A stretch of 64,000 nt of DNA from Guillardia theta CCMP2712 (GCF_000315625.1 NW_005434549.1:136004-200003), one strand, 5' to 3'. Shown: positions 23,440 through 36,483, counted from the stretch's first letter. Notes: a model not told the origin generated them from the sequence alone. Program-made: numbers and translations.

Positions 23440-25821
23440 GTGCAGAGGAGGAGAGTGGGTCGCAAGGTAGCTGACGCCACCATGATTCGTGGCGGAGAAC
23501 GGAGGGCAAGATCGGCTCATGGGAGGAGGGAGGACATGAGAGATCGAGATCAAGGGATGGAGCACAGTAGGCTGCAAGGCAATGAAGATTCCATCCTGAA
23601 ACGAATGACGCTCAGAGAAGAAAACTTTGCCATGAAGCAATCCCTGCTGAACGAAGATGCGGAAAGGAACATTGGTCTTGCAATGAAGCTCAGCAGAGAT
23701 CTCGGAAACCAGCTGGACCAGCACAGGAGGGAAGAGAACGAGCTCGTGTCTGACTTGATCAGGTACCTCAAGAGAGCGATTGCGCATCAAGACCTATTCG
23801 AGACTCTCGTGTCGAAAGCTCGGAAAGATGTTCTGCATGCTGAGGTGATCGCAGACCACAAGTCCGCGGAGCTGCAGCGGGTGGAAGAGAGGATGAAGAG
23901 CCTTGAGAAGTCTTCCTCTGAAAGGATCGCGGAGCTGGAGGAGAGACTGCGGGAGGTGCAGGAGGAGCTGGACCAGGTGAAGATGGAGTCTCAGAAGCCT
24001 GCCTGGAAGGAGGAGCAGGAGGTACACGATCCCAACAGTCAGGTCACGAGCAAGGAGTGGTATGAAGCTGAGATCGCCTACCTCAACAACAGATGCTCTC
24101 AGCTCTCCGTGCAATGCGAGACACTCCTCATGCAGAGGGTTGCGAACTACAGTGAGAGCAGGTCCAACAACTCGAGCTGGAGGGAAGGCAATCGCTCGAG
24201 GAGGAACTCGTCTATCCAGCTGGCGTCCTTGTTGCCCGACGAATGCTACTCCCCTGCTCTTGCCGATGGTTGTGCTCAGACACAGGAGGAGGAGTTCACA
24301 GTAGCTGTGGCGGATTTCTCACCTCCACTCGTGCTGAGAGGGTCTCTATGTGACCCACCTCACCAGCTGCTCTTCAAGAGTCTCAACCCGTCGTCAGCTC
24401 CTGACCAGCGTGAGTTTGCGCTGTTTCTGCCTGACAACTTCAAGATGGTGTACGAGGTTTCCTCGTCCCCCGAGTCCAACAAGGGTCGGCAGCTGCGAAG
24501 GCGCAAGACGCTTCTCAGGAAGTCAAAGTCAATCAGACTTGACCAAGCTCGGTCGTTTGACGACATCTTGAGCATGCAGTTCGACGACAACCTTGCTCTG
24601 CTCCCTGTCCGAACTCTCTCCCGCTGGATAGGCGAGGTCTGGGTCGCTTTCATCCGCCACATGAAGGATGCCGAGGAGGCGGCAGCACCCGAAGAGACCT
24701 TGGCTGTTGCCACGAGCGAGAAGCTGTTCGGGTCCTTCATCTGGAAGCACTTCCTGCGCAAGGTGATGTAGCGAGCTGTAAGGAGACGCTACTGACTGAC
24801 TTTCTGACTGCAGTATGGCACTGATCAGATCGCCTCCCACCTACGGGACTTGGTCTGCAGCGCTCGCAAACACCGGGAGCATTATCCCAGGATCCGGATG
24901 TTCGCAGAGTTTGCAGGACTTGATGCCAAACGCCCTCTGAAAGCGCTCAAGACGTTTGTAATGCTCCTAGAACACATGCTCCCTCCCTCGTCCTTTGACG
25001 ACGACAATGCCTTGGTCTGGATCGCGGCCGAAGATATTGTGAACATCGTGAATCGAGAATTGAAGTTGAAGGTGTTGAAAGACAAGACCGACCGGTTCCT
25101 GAACGAGCTGCTGCCGAGACTGATAACTTGCCCTGACAAGGATCGCTCAAAAAGGATTGTTGACGTGGACATCTGTGCCGAGTGCTTGACCAACCTCATG
25201 CTGGAAGGAGACTACTCCGTGCTCGATCACATCCTTGAACCGGTCGTCAAGGTGTCGGAGGAGACAGACTCGATATCTCAAGAGATCTTTGAGCAGATCG
25301 TCTTCCGCCTGGACCCGACTGCTGACGAGGATGTGTGGGTGAAAAGATTTCACTCTCTGACCAAACAAGAGGCCGGGGAGGACGCAATATCGTGCGAAGA
25401 TATGATCACGATCTTCAAGCAGATTCCGCTCAAAGACTACGAGCGAACCGTGTTGGGTGATGAAGGAAAACAGCTCCACGTCTCCAATCACGTCCTTGTA
25501 CGAGCATCGTTGGAGCACTTTTGGTACAAGAACAACGTGAGGATCAGACAGACGATCCAAGACCTCGAAGACAAGCAAGCTCGTCTCACCGCCCTCCTCC
25601 GCAGGTTCAACTCAGTTTACTCTCGTTCCTCACCGTCAGTGGAGACAACCTTGGAGCTACTCATGTATTCGAGGATGATCACAGCAGAGCTGCTGCTGGA
25701 GAAGACAGAGACCATCTCCAAGAAGCACAAGGCTGCTCGCCCCTCCTACTTCCACAGCTCCTCCTCGAGGAATGCCAGCATCATCCGTGCGCTGCTTCCC
25801 CGAGGACACAGTTGCTTCTGA
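23440..25821 (+). CDS. Coiled-coil protein with helical C-terminal region (resembles TSNAXIP1-like/flagellar coiled-coil proteins)
   Basis: ORFs 23440-24771 and 24850-25821 are joined in frame by intron 24763-24813 (HFLRK|YGTDQIASHLRDLVCSARKHREHYPRIRMFAEFAG). Long E/K/R/L heptad region at the N terminus. Start uncertain. Confidence 0.75.
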
Positions 25822-25859
25822 CTTGGGACTTCAACTTCAAGCTCAAACTTCGGCGGCAA

Positions 25860-26960
25860 CTGACTCAGTGAGTGCCAGGCTCGGACGGTCTCACCGCTGT
25901 CACCAGGATTCCGAACGGTTCATCGGATTCAACGTGATCGGACTTGAAGGGCCTCGGCACTGCATGGTGTGGCGCGCCGGCGGCGGCCGGGCCGTCACCG
26001 TACTGCCCTGGCCGGCCAGAGCAGCTGCCGCTGCCAGCCTGAGGGCACTGCGGCAGGGCCCGGGCAGTCACTGAGTGCCGCTCAGCAGTGGCATGGTCAT
26101 CGGATAGAGTGATACTAACACTGACAGCAAGCTAGCGGCAACTCCGACGCAAACTTGAAGTTTACACTCGGATCCGATCAGTTACTACCACACTGACACG
26201 GACGTGGCGCCGAGTAGTGACTCAGTGACCGTACCGTACGGGCCGCCAGGGAGCCTATTAAACTTACTAGTTAGGCCCGAAACTCGGAACTTGGCTTCGG
26301 AACGAGCCCGGGCTCCGGGAGCCTGCCCGCCGGGCACTGCAGTCGACCGGCCGGCCGCGCCTGCCGTAGGCTAGCCTAGTCGAAACTTAGCGGCAGAGCC
26401 TCTGCCAGGACGTTCGTCGGAGCCCGCTTGCCCGCTGCCCGGCCCGGGCCGGCGGTGGCACCCGGCGACTCAGGCGACTCCGGCGGGCTCGGCAGGCCGC
26501 CCGGCCGCTCGCCGGGCCGCGGCTGTCGGCCGACTGATCCAACTTTCAGGTTTCAACTTGCGTAACGCGGCTGCCGGGTTGTCACCGGACGGTTCAAACA
26601 CTGACTGTACTCCCGGAGTTCGTGCTGTGCCACGACGGTGATGACTCACCTGACTCACCGATGCACGGTGTTTAATGAAAAGACATATGTTCAAGAAAGT
26701 TGCTTTCGAACATAATATTGTTCGAATACTATGATACGGCACTATAAGTGGGTCCGTGACGGCAATGCAATCATGCCGGCGGTCACGAGTCCAACCCGGT
26801 GTGACCAGCGGCTGCGGCCCGGGGACGCCGGCCCGGCGCCGCACTGCGGACTCCGCCATCAGCCCGCGGTCCGTGCCACGGTATCGGCAATTATCAGCGT
26901 CACGGTATTTGTTTTTTAGGCACTGGAATTTTAGCTGGTCATCAGCGCGTTACCAGTAAC
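25860..26960. repeat. GC-rich palindrome-rich intergenic island
   Basis: tgactcagtga at 25861 and 26218; ccgtaccgtacgg; cccggcccgggccgg; many aaactt. Confidence 0.65.
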
Positions 26961-27383
26961 GTGGCATTTTGCACAACACAATAAAGTCACGTTACTGGTA
27001 ACGTGATATTCTTGGGGAAGCTTCGAAACAGCATCGTTTGGTGATCAACACATCGATGGAACAATGACCCCCTACCTCCTCCCCGAAGTACCTACCCTCA
27101 CATCGGACTGCCTTCTTCCATCGTCCGCGATGTGCTAACGCTCTGTCTGTTGCTGTAACTTCCCAGCCATATCCTCCTTCCTCCCATCCATTCGCCCCTC
27201 CTGTCCCACCCCACCCCACCCCACCCCATCCCTCCTCCCTGCTTCTCTCTCTGTCCACCCATCCTCCCTGTCATTGCTTTCAGCATTGATATCTGTTGTC
27301 GCTGACCACATCGCAACCGGCAACACAAGAAGACCGTCCTGGGTGTTCAAGAGGCTCGACCACGCACGTTCGTCGTGCTCCCC

Positions 27384-28232
27384 ATGGCTGCGCATCCTGA
27401 TCAAGATAAAGTAGTACATCGCTCATCAGAGTCCTCAGTATCTTCGTGGGATCAAGCGAGTCTCCGGGAGGAGGAGAGGGCTGTGAGAGATTTGCTATTT
27501 GTGCAGTCTGGTTTCACTAGATGTCCGGAGGGAAAGTTTCGCTTCAGGAGAGAATTCCTAGCTCTCTCATCCATGAAACAGTTTCCATGTCCTGAAGCTG
27601 AGCAGGCGTATCAAAACTTCTTCAGGGAATGTCTTGCGGATACCCTGTGGCCCTACAACTACATGCTCATGATTGTTGCCTCGACGTTCCATGGAGGGGT
27701 GTTTCTTTTCCGGCTGTTTCGCAACAAACTCGGAGAGGATCCATCAGAAGACACGCTTCTGATCGTGAGGATTGTTATGGTGTCATGTACCTGGGTGGTG
27801 AATTTGAGATGGAGGACATTCTCCATGGCGACGAGGAGGAGATCGTCGACCTTCTTGAGTGTCGTGCTGAAACTGAGGTGTTTTATGCTATTTCTGGAAA
27901 ACTGCAAGAAGGACATAGACGTCAAGAGCGTCTTCCTGTCAGTGATTATCATATCGTTTGGCTCGATTTTCCTCACTGCTACTTGGATTGGTCACGTGGG
28001 CTTGACGGGGTTTGCTTGCTGTGCCAGGCATTTGTCGACACTGGTGACTCACGGAAGGTTCAGACATCGAGGATGGGAACTTGAGCACCTTCTTGCCTTT
28101 CTGATTGTCTTCGTCTCCACTTCTTTGGGGTCTCTCGTCCTTCATGAGCATCGGCGCAGGAGTTTCGCTCGGATATGGGAGGTAAGCAGTGACAACCCTG
28201 GAGCAGCCGCGAAACAGACGAAGAGGGAATGA
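27384..28232 (+). CDS. Orphan ~6-TM membrane protein resembling an adenylyl-cyclase-type membrane anchor, no catalytic domain
   Basis: Single ORF of 282 aa from ATG 27384. FPCPEAEQAYQNFF precedes about six hydrophobic segments, which are followed by HEHRRRSF. Confidence 0.65.
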   Translation: MAAHPDQDKVVHRSSESSVSSWDQASLREEERAVRDLLFVQSGFTRCPEGKFRFRREFLALSSMKQFPCPEAEQAYQNFFRECLADTLWPYNYMLMIVASTFHGGVFLFRLFRNKLGEDPSEDTLLIVRIVMVSCTWVVNLRWRTFSMATRRRSSTFLSVVLKLRCFMLFLENCKKDIDVKSVFLSVIIISFGSIFLTATWIGHVGLTGFACCARHLSTLVTHGRFRHRGWELEHLLAFLIVFVSTSLGSLVLHEHRRRSFARIWEVSSDNPGAAAKQTKRE

Positions 28233-28299
28233 GATGGGCAGGGAGGGATGTCTTTGGTATTCATAGGCCTCTGCGATTAAACCAGACGAGCACGGTTTT

Positions 28300-29170
28300 G
28301 CCAATGATTGACTCAGTGAGGTCACGGTGAGAGGCTCCATTCCGTCACAGTGAATGCCCAAGTTGGTTGACGCCGACCGGGTCCGACTCGCCGCTGAGCT
28401 TCCGATCCTCAACCGTTCGGAAGTTCAGTACTGCCAGTATACTGGCGGCCGGAGCCTCGGAGGCTGGGCCGCGCAGCGGCGGGCGGCCGTGACGGTGACC
28501 GTACTGTGACTCTCACGGTACTGAGCACTGATCGTCCGGGACCGTGCCCGGCTCAGCCGCCGGGCGGTGCCCGGCCGGGCCACGGACCCGGCCGGGCCGC
28601 CCCGGCCGGGCGCTGGACTCAAGTGCGCCGGGCTCCGACCGGCGGTGAAGTTACTATGTTGGCCGGGGCGTGGGCGAGTCCGCCGGCCGCCGCGGGCCCG
28701 GGGGGCCGGGCCCGGCCCCCGGGCGGCGTCACTGGCCCTGCCACGCGGCCCGCGGGCCGGGCCCCCGGGCGTACGCCGTAGTACGGTACGGTCACGGCGT
28801 CCGACCGGCGGCGTCTCACCGTCCGAGTCACGGCGTCCGATCACGGCGTCACCCGTGACCCGGGGTCACGGTGACCCGGCGCCGTGACTCGTGATCGGAC
28901 CGGGCCGCCGGGCCGTCGGGCGGCGGCGTACGGTACCGTACCGTAGCCTACCGTTCGGTAGTACCGTCACGGCCCCACGGTACGCTGCCGCGCCCGGGCT
29001 GGGCCGGGCCCCGGCGCCGCCAACGGATGATAGTTTTGAACTGACTCATCCGAGTCATTGTATGAGGTCCGATGCCACAGGCTGATGACTTTTACTCAAA
29101 GCCTGACGGTTAAAGTCAAAAAGGCTCATGACACGAGAGGCTCGCGAGCGGCGGCTGCCTGAGCGCGAGT
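28300..29170. repeat. GC-rich palindrome-rich intergenic island
   Basis: Perfect 14-bp palindrome gtacggtaccgtac at 28928-28941; hairpin gtgacc-cgg-ggtcac; runs of ccgggccgg. Confidence 0.65.
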
Positions 29171-29720
29171 CGCAAGGAGGGACTGGGCCCGGGGGGGGGG
29201 GTAGGGTAGTCAGAAGGCATTTTCTGGTACTGTAGAAGCAGTTTGTCAACTTCTTTTCAGTCAGGGGGTGGGTGGATGCGAGTCGGTTGCTGAGAGGCTC
29301 GGCGATCATCTGTAAAGTGGAGAAGGGGGGTGGTTTGAAGGGTGATTGGAGGGGTGGTGAGGGTTGTTAATTCTGACAGCAGGTCAGTAGCGCGATCAAC
29401 TTTACAATGTTCAATGCGGAGCATGGTTGACTGAGGACTCGAGGGCTGTAGAGTAGAAGGCGATGGCTGGGAGAAGAGGAGGAGGAAAGGTAGAGAGCTG
29501 TCAAGTTCAAGATGTTACACTTCGAGGCTCAGGCTGGTAGTTTCCGCCGCAAAACGTACTCGAGGCGCACATAGCAAGAGTGTCGAACGGTCATTGCATA
29601 TGTTAGCGGGTATGGCTTCAAAACAAGGAACGAGAGATGAGTGAGTGAGAGTAGATGTAACTTGATGCTCATCAACACTGCTCAGTGTGTTTGTCTCAAT
29701 GATGTGCTGCAGGACTTGCG

Positions 29721-32673
29721 ATGGCTTCCGCTTTCATCGTTCACAACCTTCAGAAGAAGATCCAGGCGGACAAGAGCAAGAAGACAGATCTCTCTTCTCC
29801 ATTGCAAGAGTCCAGCCGTCTTGAGCTCCCTGTGGATGGTTTTTTACGATCCGGGTTTCTCGAGAGGAAGCGTGTCACGGCGACCATAACGTGGCACAAG
29901 GTGAAGGCCGTGCTGACAGCAGAGGCGCTCCTGTTTGCAAGGCCGGACTCAAAGCTCGTCTCCGATGAGATTCCTCTGCATGAGATTACAGACATTCTCA
30001 CTGAAGCCTCGCTCGACAAGGGCCAAGACACCGCAAGCAAAGCCATCATCATCCAAACCACCAAGGATGGTCACAACAGCGGGAGAACCTACGTGTGCCG
30101 TCCGGACCCTGCGGAGTTTGACATGTGGTTCAACGATCTTCAACAGCAGTGTCAAGCTGCGAAGATTGCAAAAGAGCAAGCGAGAAGAGACGCTGAGAAT
30201 GCTGGTAGCCAACTTTCTCGGCTGAGAGCTAAGGTCTTGCGCGTGTATGAGTCGATATACAGCGAAGGCTTCTTCGCAACCATCCTCATGCTCTGCTTTT
30301 CTGTGGACGTGTGGGAAGCACAAGTTCTACCTGCTGATGGCTCAAGTGCGGCTGCGATGTTTGACACGTTCGATGTTGTCTTCACCAGCATCTTCACAGT
30401 TGAGCTGGCAGTGAACTTGTTTTCGCGCTCATCCCACTATTTCAAGCCCTTCTACTCCAACGGATGGAACATTCTGGACCTTGTGATAGTGATGATCTCT
30501 CTGATTGTCTTGTTCGCTCCCGGACTTCCTTCTCTTCAACCCCTCAGGCTTGTTCGCGTCTTCCGTGTCGCTCGCTTGTTTCGCAAGTTTCGCTCCTTGA
30601 ACCGCATCATCACGGCCCTGATCTCCGCTCTTGTCCCTGTGGCGAACAGCATGATCATCCTGCTTCTTGTCACTGCAATCTGGTCTGCCCTTGGCACTCA
30701 TCTCTTTCACGAGCAGAGCCCTGAGTTCTTCGGCAACTTTGCGTCCTCCCTTTTCACGGTAAAGCTCTCCCCAAGTACTAAGGGTCAAAGTGTTTGACTC
30801 GTTTGCTCATGCCTAGATGATTCAAGTCATGACAGGAGACGGGTAGTATTCTGCTTTCCTTGTCTTCTTCCCTTCTGTCCCCTCTTTTCTATATTCTCTC
30901 TGCCTCTGCCTCTGCCTCTGCCTCTGCCTCTTTCGTCTTGCTCTGACTAGTGTTGCAGCTGGGCTTCAGACGTTTCTCGTTCATTGTTCGACGATGGTAC
31001 AGTGAAGACAAGTCGAGACGTGTGGGTGGCGATGTTCTTTGTCTCCTACGCTCTGGTGGCCGGTGTCTTCCTGATCAACGTGGTGGTGGCGGTTCTCTTG
31101 GACGAGTTCATCTCTTCCATTCAGGCAGGAAAAGAAGCTCTCGAAGTGGCTAAGGCGGAGGAGGAGGACAGGAGGAAGAAGGCGAGGAGGTCCAACGGGG
31201 TGCTGGACCCGCTCACAGCTCACTTGTCACACTTCGTCTCGGAGAAGGACCTCAGGTCGAGGATCCACGAGACGTACGAGCGACTTGACTCGGACGGTTC
31301 GGGAGGTCTCAACTTCGAGGAGTTTCAGAAGGGTCTCAAGAAACTGCCGACGTCCTCGCCGATTCACATCCTCGAGGACGACTTCGAGGTGCTGACAGAG
31401 AACGGCAGGTTCTGCAACATCAGGAGAGAGTTCGGTAGCGATCAGTTCCAAGAGATTATGCGAGAGGAGCTGAAGCGATACTCCCAGCGAGTGCTGGCAA
31501 ACGCGATGCAAGAGACCCAGAGCTACGAGACGCTGGCGATGATGCTGACGCTGAAGCGGCTGGAGCTCATTGCTGAGAGCAATTCAAGGATCATCAAGTC
31601 CTGGGGCTTCTCCTCCAAGGGGGCCGGCATGCTGTCCGAGGTGTTTGCAACTCACGACCTCAACCAGGATGGTGTGCTGGACCTCAACGAGGCGAGAGAG
31701 GCGCTTCTGACCCTGGGAGTCCCCGACTTTAAGATAGATCACGTCCTAAGGGCCATGGACCTCGACGGAGACGAGAAGATCTCCAGAGAAGAGTTCCTCA
31801 GAGTCGGAGAGCACATGGAGAACACTGACGCTCGACTGGACCGTCTTGAGCACTCGGTCAATGACATCAAGACCATGATTCGTCTCCTCCTCTCCGCACC
31901 TGGCAAACCCGCTGAAGCTTCAGGTGACGCAAGGGTGTTAGCAGGTGGGAACGAGCATGTTGGAACGAGCATGAACTTCACTCTGCAGGCGATGGTGCAG
32001 GTGAAGGGAAGAAGCAGGAGAGCAACGGCAAGGACCAACGATTGCGACGAGCCTCATCGATGAAGTTGCTCAAAGTGAGCTGTGTCCTGCGCTCCTCTTC
32101 TTCTTTCCTCATCGTCTTCACCCCTCCTTCGCTCCTCTCCTTCTCCTCACCCCTCGGCTGCTTCGACCTTGTCATTATCCTGCAGGGTGCGTCCCCATCC
32201 CAGGTGCTGGACGAGCTGCTCGATGGCAGGAACACCCCTAAGTCGGACAAGAAACCCACCCGTTCTCAAGACAAGAAGCGACAACCAGCTGGCCATGGGG
32301 GGGAAGCAAAAGATCGAGCGCTCGTGCGAGATTGGTGGAGCAGGTATCAGGAAGATGACGACAAGTACGGCTCTGCTGCTCGACAGACCCGAGCTGCCAT
32401 GCCAGGTGACATGAAAAGATTGCTGATTGCGTGAGTGAAACATGCTGAGCAGAGTTGGTGCTTGTTGATGCTTTGAAGCAAGGGAACGGCTTCGACGAGC
32501 AGAACAGCCGGGAAAGGTCGATCAAGGGAAAGGAGAACAGCAGGAGAGAGGCAGTCAAGGCTCTGAGCAACAGAATTCTGTCGCAATCAAGACGGCACTC
32601 GGCCTCTGCGGTAGACCTTCGACAGCAAGAGAGCGAGGGCTTGGATAGATCTTTCCACGGAGCTCATGTATAA
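29721..32673 (+). CDS. PH domain + single-domain (1x6TM) voltage-gated cation channel (EukCat/BacNav-like) + EF-hands
   Basis: PH: LRSGFLERK..WHKVKAVLT..DEIPLHEI..GRTYVCR..FDMWFNDL. S4: LRLVRVFRVARLFRKFRSL. Pore FGNFASSLFT|MIQVMTGDG|WAS uses micro-exon 30817-30842. S6: FFVSYALVAGVFLINVVVAVLLDEF. EF loops DSDGSGGLNFEE, DLNQDGVLDLNE, DLDGDEKISREE. Further exons run to stop 32673. An upstream 5' exon is possible. Confidence 0.88.
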
Positions 32674-33038
32674 TTTATTTCTCAGCATCCAAACAATCTT
32701 GGCTCTGGTCAAGTGTTTTGCCTCAAAGATGGTTCGTTCTGATGTGATATTGCAAATAGAGAGTGCTTACAAGTCTAGTCATCCCCAGAAACAGTTGCTT
32801 GAATGTTTATCATACTAACTATGACGAACTTGATTTCATTATCCCACTAGCGGCCTTACCATTGTCTGGCCACATCTCAGGCTGCTCAACAGTGGCTGCA
32901 CAAGGCTAACTATTACGAATTAGGGGGAAGAGAGATGGCGCACACAACCATTGACAAGGTACAAGGAGAGAGTTTTATTCGTTTTCTCTAGAACGAAGAA
33001 TTCTTCAAAAATCGCGAGCATCCGTTGGATAAAATTCG

Positions 33039-33270
33039 CAGCTGACATTACAACCAGATGAATATCAGGAAGTATTCAGCTGACATCACAACCAGATGAA
33101 TATCAGGAAGTATTCAGCTGACATCACAACGAGATGAATATCAGGAAGTATTCAGCTGACATCACAACGAGATGAATATCAGGAAGTATTCAGCTGACAT
33201 CACAACGAGATGAATATCAGGAAGTATTCAGCTGACATCACAACGAGATGAATATCAGGAAGTATTCAGC
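33039..33270 (+). repeat. 38-bp minisatellite, 6 copies
   Basis: cagctgacat(c/t)acaac(g/c)agatgaatatcaggaagtatt at 33039, 33077, 33115, 33153, 33191 and 33229. No spacers. Confidence 0.95.
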
Positions 33271-33307
33271 CTTGAAATGAAAAACAAGGTCACAAGGAAG
33301 GCGCCAG

Positions 33308-33706
33308 TCACAAGGAACTTTCAACTTGATTTCCAGAATGATTTCCAGCCTTCTCTATTCCTGGCGACGATATTCCATCTTTGCTAACGAATGCATGCAA
33401 GCTATCATCAGATTCCATGGCCTGTTCCGTGTTCGAGCATTCGTTCTCCTCTATTTCAGTCTCTGCTGGGCCATTCTGCATCGGCTCGCTGTCGTGTGAT
33501 GGAGTTCTCATGAACGCAAGTATGCTCTCGTAATCGTCCAACCACTGAAAGCTCTCGTCAGCCTCATAGCCGATGTTGAAGTCTACGATGAGGTTGTGTC
33601 TTGTTGTGACAGGTGCTGTGATGAAGCTGCATCCGAAGAACTGGTCAAAAGTCTCCTTGCTCAGAGGCTCGCTCGCCATGTCCATCCCTGCAGGCGCCCG
33701 CATCAC
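33308..33706 (-). CDS. Hypothetical acidic protein (132 aa)
   Basis: ATG-started ORF with plausible composition and an upstream GGGTA/GC island. No recognisable domain. Confidence 0.4.
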   Translation of the reverse strand: MMRAPAGMDMASEPLSKETFDQFFGCSFITAPVTTRHNLIVDFNIGYEADESFQWLDDYESILAFMRTPSHDSEPMQNGPAETEIEENECSNTEQAMESDDSLHAFVSKDGISSPGIEKAGNHSGNQVESSL

Positions 33707-35303
33707 GAGGTACTTTCGTTTACTGGCCGCTTGCTTTTGGTTCTGAAAAAGGGTCCGACTACCTCGTGACCCACCTCGTGACAGTCGTGCAAGGAAGTCC
33801 GTTCAGATGGACAGGTAGGGGGGTCTTGAATATTTGCTAGTACCGCACTAGAATAATCGACTGGATATGCTGCCCTTCTCACACTATCAAATGTGCGTTG
33901 CGGCACCTTTTGAGCCTGAATGCTACCCCAACCATTTACTGTCAATGGACCCGTGGTTTAAGTTTAACTCAGCTAGGAGTCACGATACCCCCCTCTTTAT
34001 TCCTGTCAGCTGAAGCGTGACTTATTTAACAGTCGGCCCGGCCCGGCCCGGCCCAGTCACCGTGGACACTAGAAAGTTTAGCTGGATTAGAAAGCTTTTG
34101 ACCAGAGGGCTCCCTAAAAGAATATATTTGACCGCAGGATTTTAAGTTGTTCAAATATTTGGATTTATACATAAATCACCGTCTAAACTTTCAAATAAAA
34201 CCACGATTTTCATTTCGAACTGACCTCAAATCGAGCTGCTTCCCCGCCTCGCTGTCTCTGGTCAAAATGATGTGTACCATGTTCTCCTGGTCAAAGAAAT
34301 AAGAATAAAAATAATGTTAAAACACATTGATTGACAAAGGATAGGGACGTGCCTTTGAGGTCGTTGTCAGATTCCATCCAAACGCTGTGTTTTTGCATCG
34401 ATTGCAACTGACGACCCTCAAAGACTTGGGTTTTTTTATCGTTCTGACTTAGTCACAGTGAATCACAGAGAGTACCCCCTGGCCAAACTTTTCTTCTCTG
34501 TGGTACATGCTTTGAACCCCATATCATAGCTGATACATTCTATAATTGAAAGTCTAATATCAGAAGGCTTATATGGGGAGTAGACCTTCTCCAATCCGAA
34601 TAGCTCTTGTCCCATGACCCCGACAGATCGCACCCTTACGTAGCTCCTCAACCGCCTACAGCACAGGCAAGACAACGTGTATGTAGCCCGTGTGATTGAA
34701 AGTTAGAGGAGAGTGTTCTTGTTCATGTGAAGTCATTCCATGACAGTCATCGATGATCACTTGCACCAATTGTTGCATTGCGCTGTTGTTTCCTGAACTA
34801 CCACATGCAAATGCAAACTTGGAACAGGTCACAGTGCGTTGATAAGCAACGTGTCAGCGTTGGGGAAAGTGGCAACCATGGGAAGCTTAGTAAACTCCGC
34901 TAGTCTTAGAATATTAGGCGAAAGCAATGGCCTGCTTGGCCTGCTTAGAATTGTAGTGGGAACTGGCCGTTACTGATTTGTCTTTTCACGCGCCTCTTCC
35001 CATTGCGCACTTTTCCTTCGGGAGTGGTTGTATTATCTTGAATTTCATCCCGTGGTTTCTATCACTTTTGATAATATTCATATTGGTTCATTCTTACACG
35101 TGCTTTCTCTTGATGTGTTTGATTCCACCCTCCCCCACAGCGACGGATATGTAAATAGATGTCTTCTACTCCCGGTATACCAGCCGATATTGTGGACGCT
35201 GACTGTCGGCTCCGCAGGGTGAAGAAAGTGTGATGCAATTCATCTAGAAATTGATCGAAGGAAGAAGATACAAACTCGGAAACATCAAACCAGATACCAC
35301 AAG

Positions 35304-36352
35304 ATGCCTTTAGGTAAAACAAGGATCGAGAGAATACCCGACGATCGAACCCGACAGAACACCTTTCACAAGCGCAAGATGGGGCTCATGAAGAAAGCGA
35401 TAGAGCTCTCCATCCTGTGTGACTGTGACATCGCAATGGTCATTAAGAGCAAACCCACAGCCAACTGCAAGGAGGGGCGCTTGTTAGCGTACTGCAATTC
35501 GGATTTGAAGGTACTCGGAGTTGTTGGTCACCTTCCACTCATGCAACATTCAGGCTTTGTTAGAACAATGCCTGGATAACTTTCCTCAACAAATCTACAG
35601 CAACGAGGAGTATTCTCGATTCGAGAAGGTTTCTTGCTGAGGACTGCTCCGTCTTTTTGCTGACGAGCTACTGTCTGCAGGACAAGGATGATGATGACCT
35701 CTTGAAGGATGACGGGAAGATGATGTCAAACTCTCCTGAAAACTCGAACAGCAGCAGCCCCAAAGACTTCTGTATTGACAGCATGCGAGCATCTGGCCCT
35801 GACAACCATCAAGGGAAGAAGGCAGCGGATAATGACGCTGCCTGCGCGCTCATGGAGTTGGAGAGTGGAAAGCAGAGCTATCGGTCCCTGCTGGAAAAGA
35901 GCTGCCCTCGCACATCACCGAAGAACTCTGTGAAGGGCAGAGGTAAGCTGGATCATTCTGCCTGGAAGAGAGATCGAGAGTGCCATGAGAACTCGCTAGA
36001 ACCTGCTGAGAAAAGGACGCGGGATGTTAGCTACTCCAATGTGGCGTGCTACGACTCGCTGAGCTGCTCGTTCTTTCCGGACGCATTGGCGACAGACAGG
36101 CCGTTCAACTCAGTTGGCCTGCATGGAAAGCATGGAATGTCAGGAGTTGAGAATGTTCTCTTCTTGCAGAACTGTTGTGACTCGCCAAAGCAAAAGTCAA
36201 GCTCGATTTGCGCCAACGCGAATAGGCAAAGCCTAAATTTCTTTGAAGGTCATACTATCCTTGGCGGAACCTTGTTCGATGAGGCATTGGAGCATATAGA
36301 AGAGAGTGACAGAATGGGAAGATCTGGGATATTCAATCTGCAACAGATTTAG
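35304..36352 (+). CDS. MADS-box transcription factor, MEF2-like (type II)
   Basis: MPLGKTRIERIPDDRTRQNTFHKRKMGLMKKAIELSILCDCDIAMVI..LAYCNSDLK|ALL. Exons 35304-35510, 35554-35628 and 35681-36352 are in frame. Confidence 0.92.
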
Positions 36353-36483
36353 CAGTGTTTGCCAAGTTGGTGTACGTGTTCAGTGTATATACGTTGTTGA
36401 TTTCTATTTTTTTATACACAAAAAATGAATTGACGAATAAAGAGGCTGATATGTGCAAAGAAAGCTTGTTTTAACTGGAAATT

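Noticed and set aside
33039-33270. Possible CRISPR array (CRISPR-length repeats)
   Set aside because: Units are head-to-tail with no unique spacers, there are no cas genes, and the context is eukaryotic.
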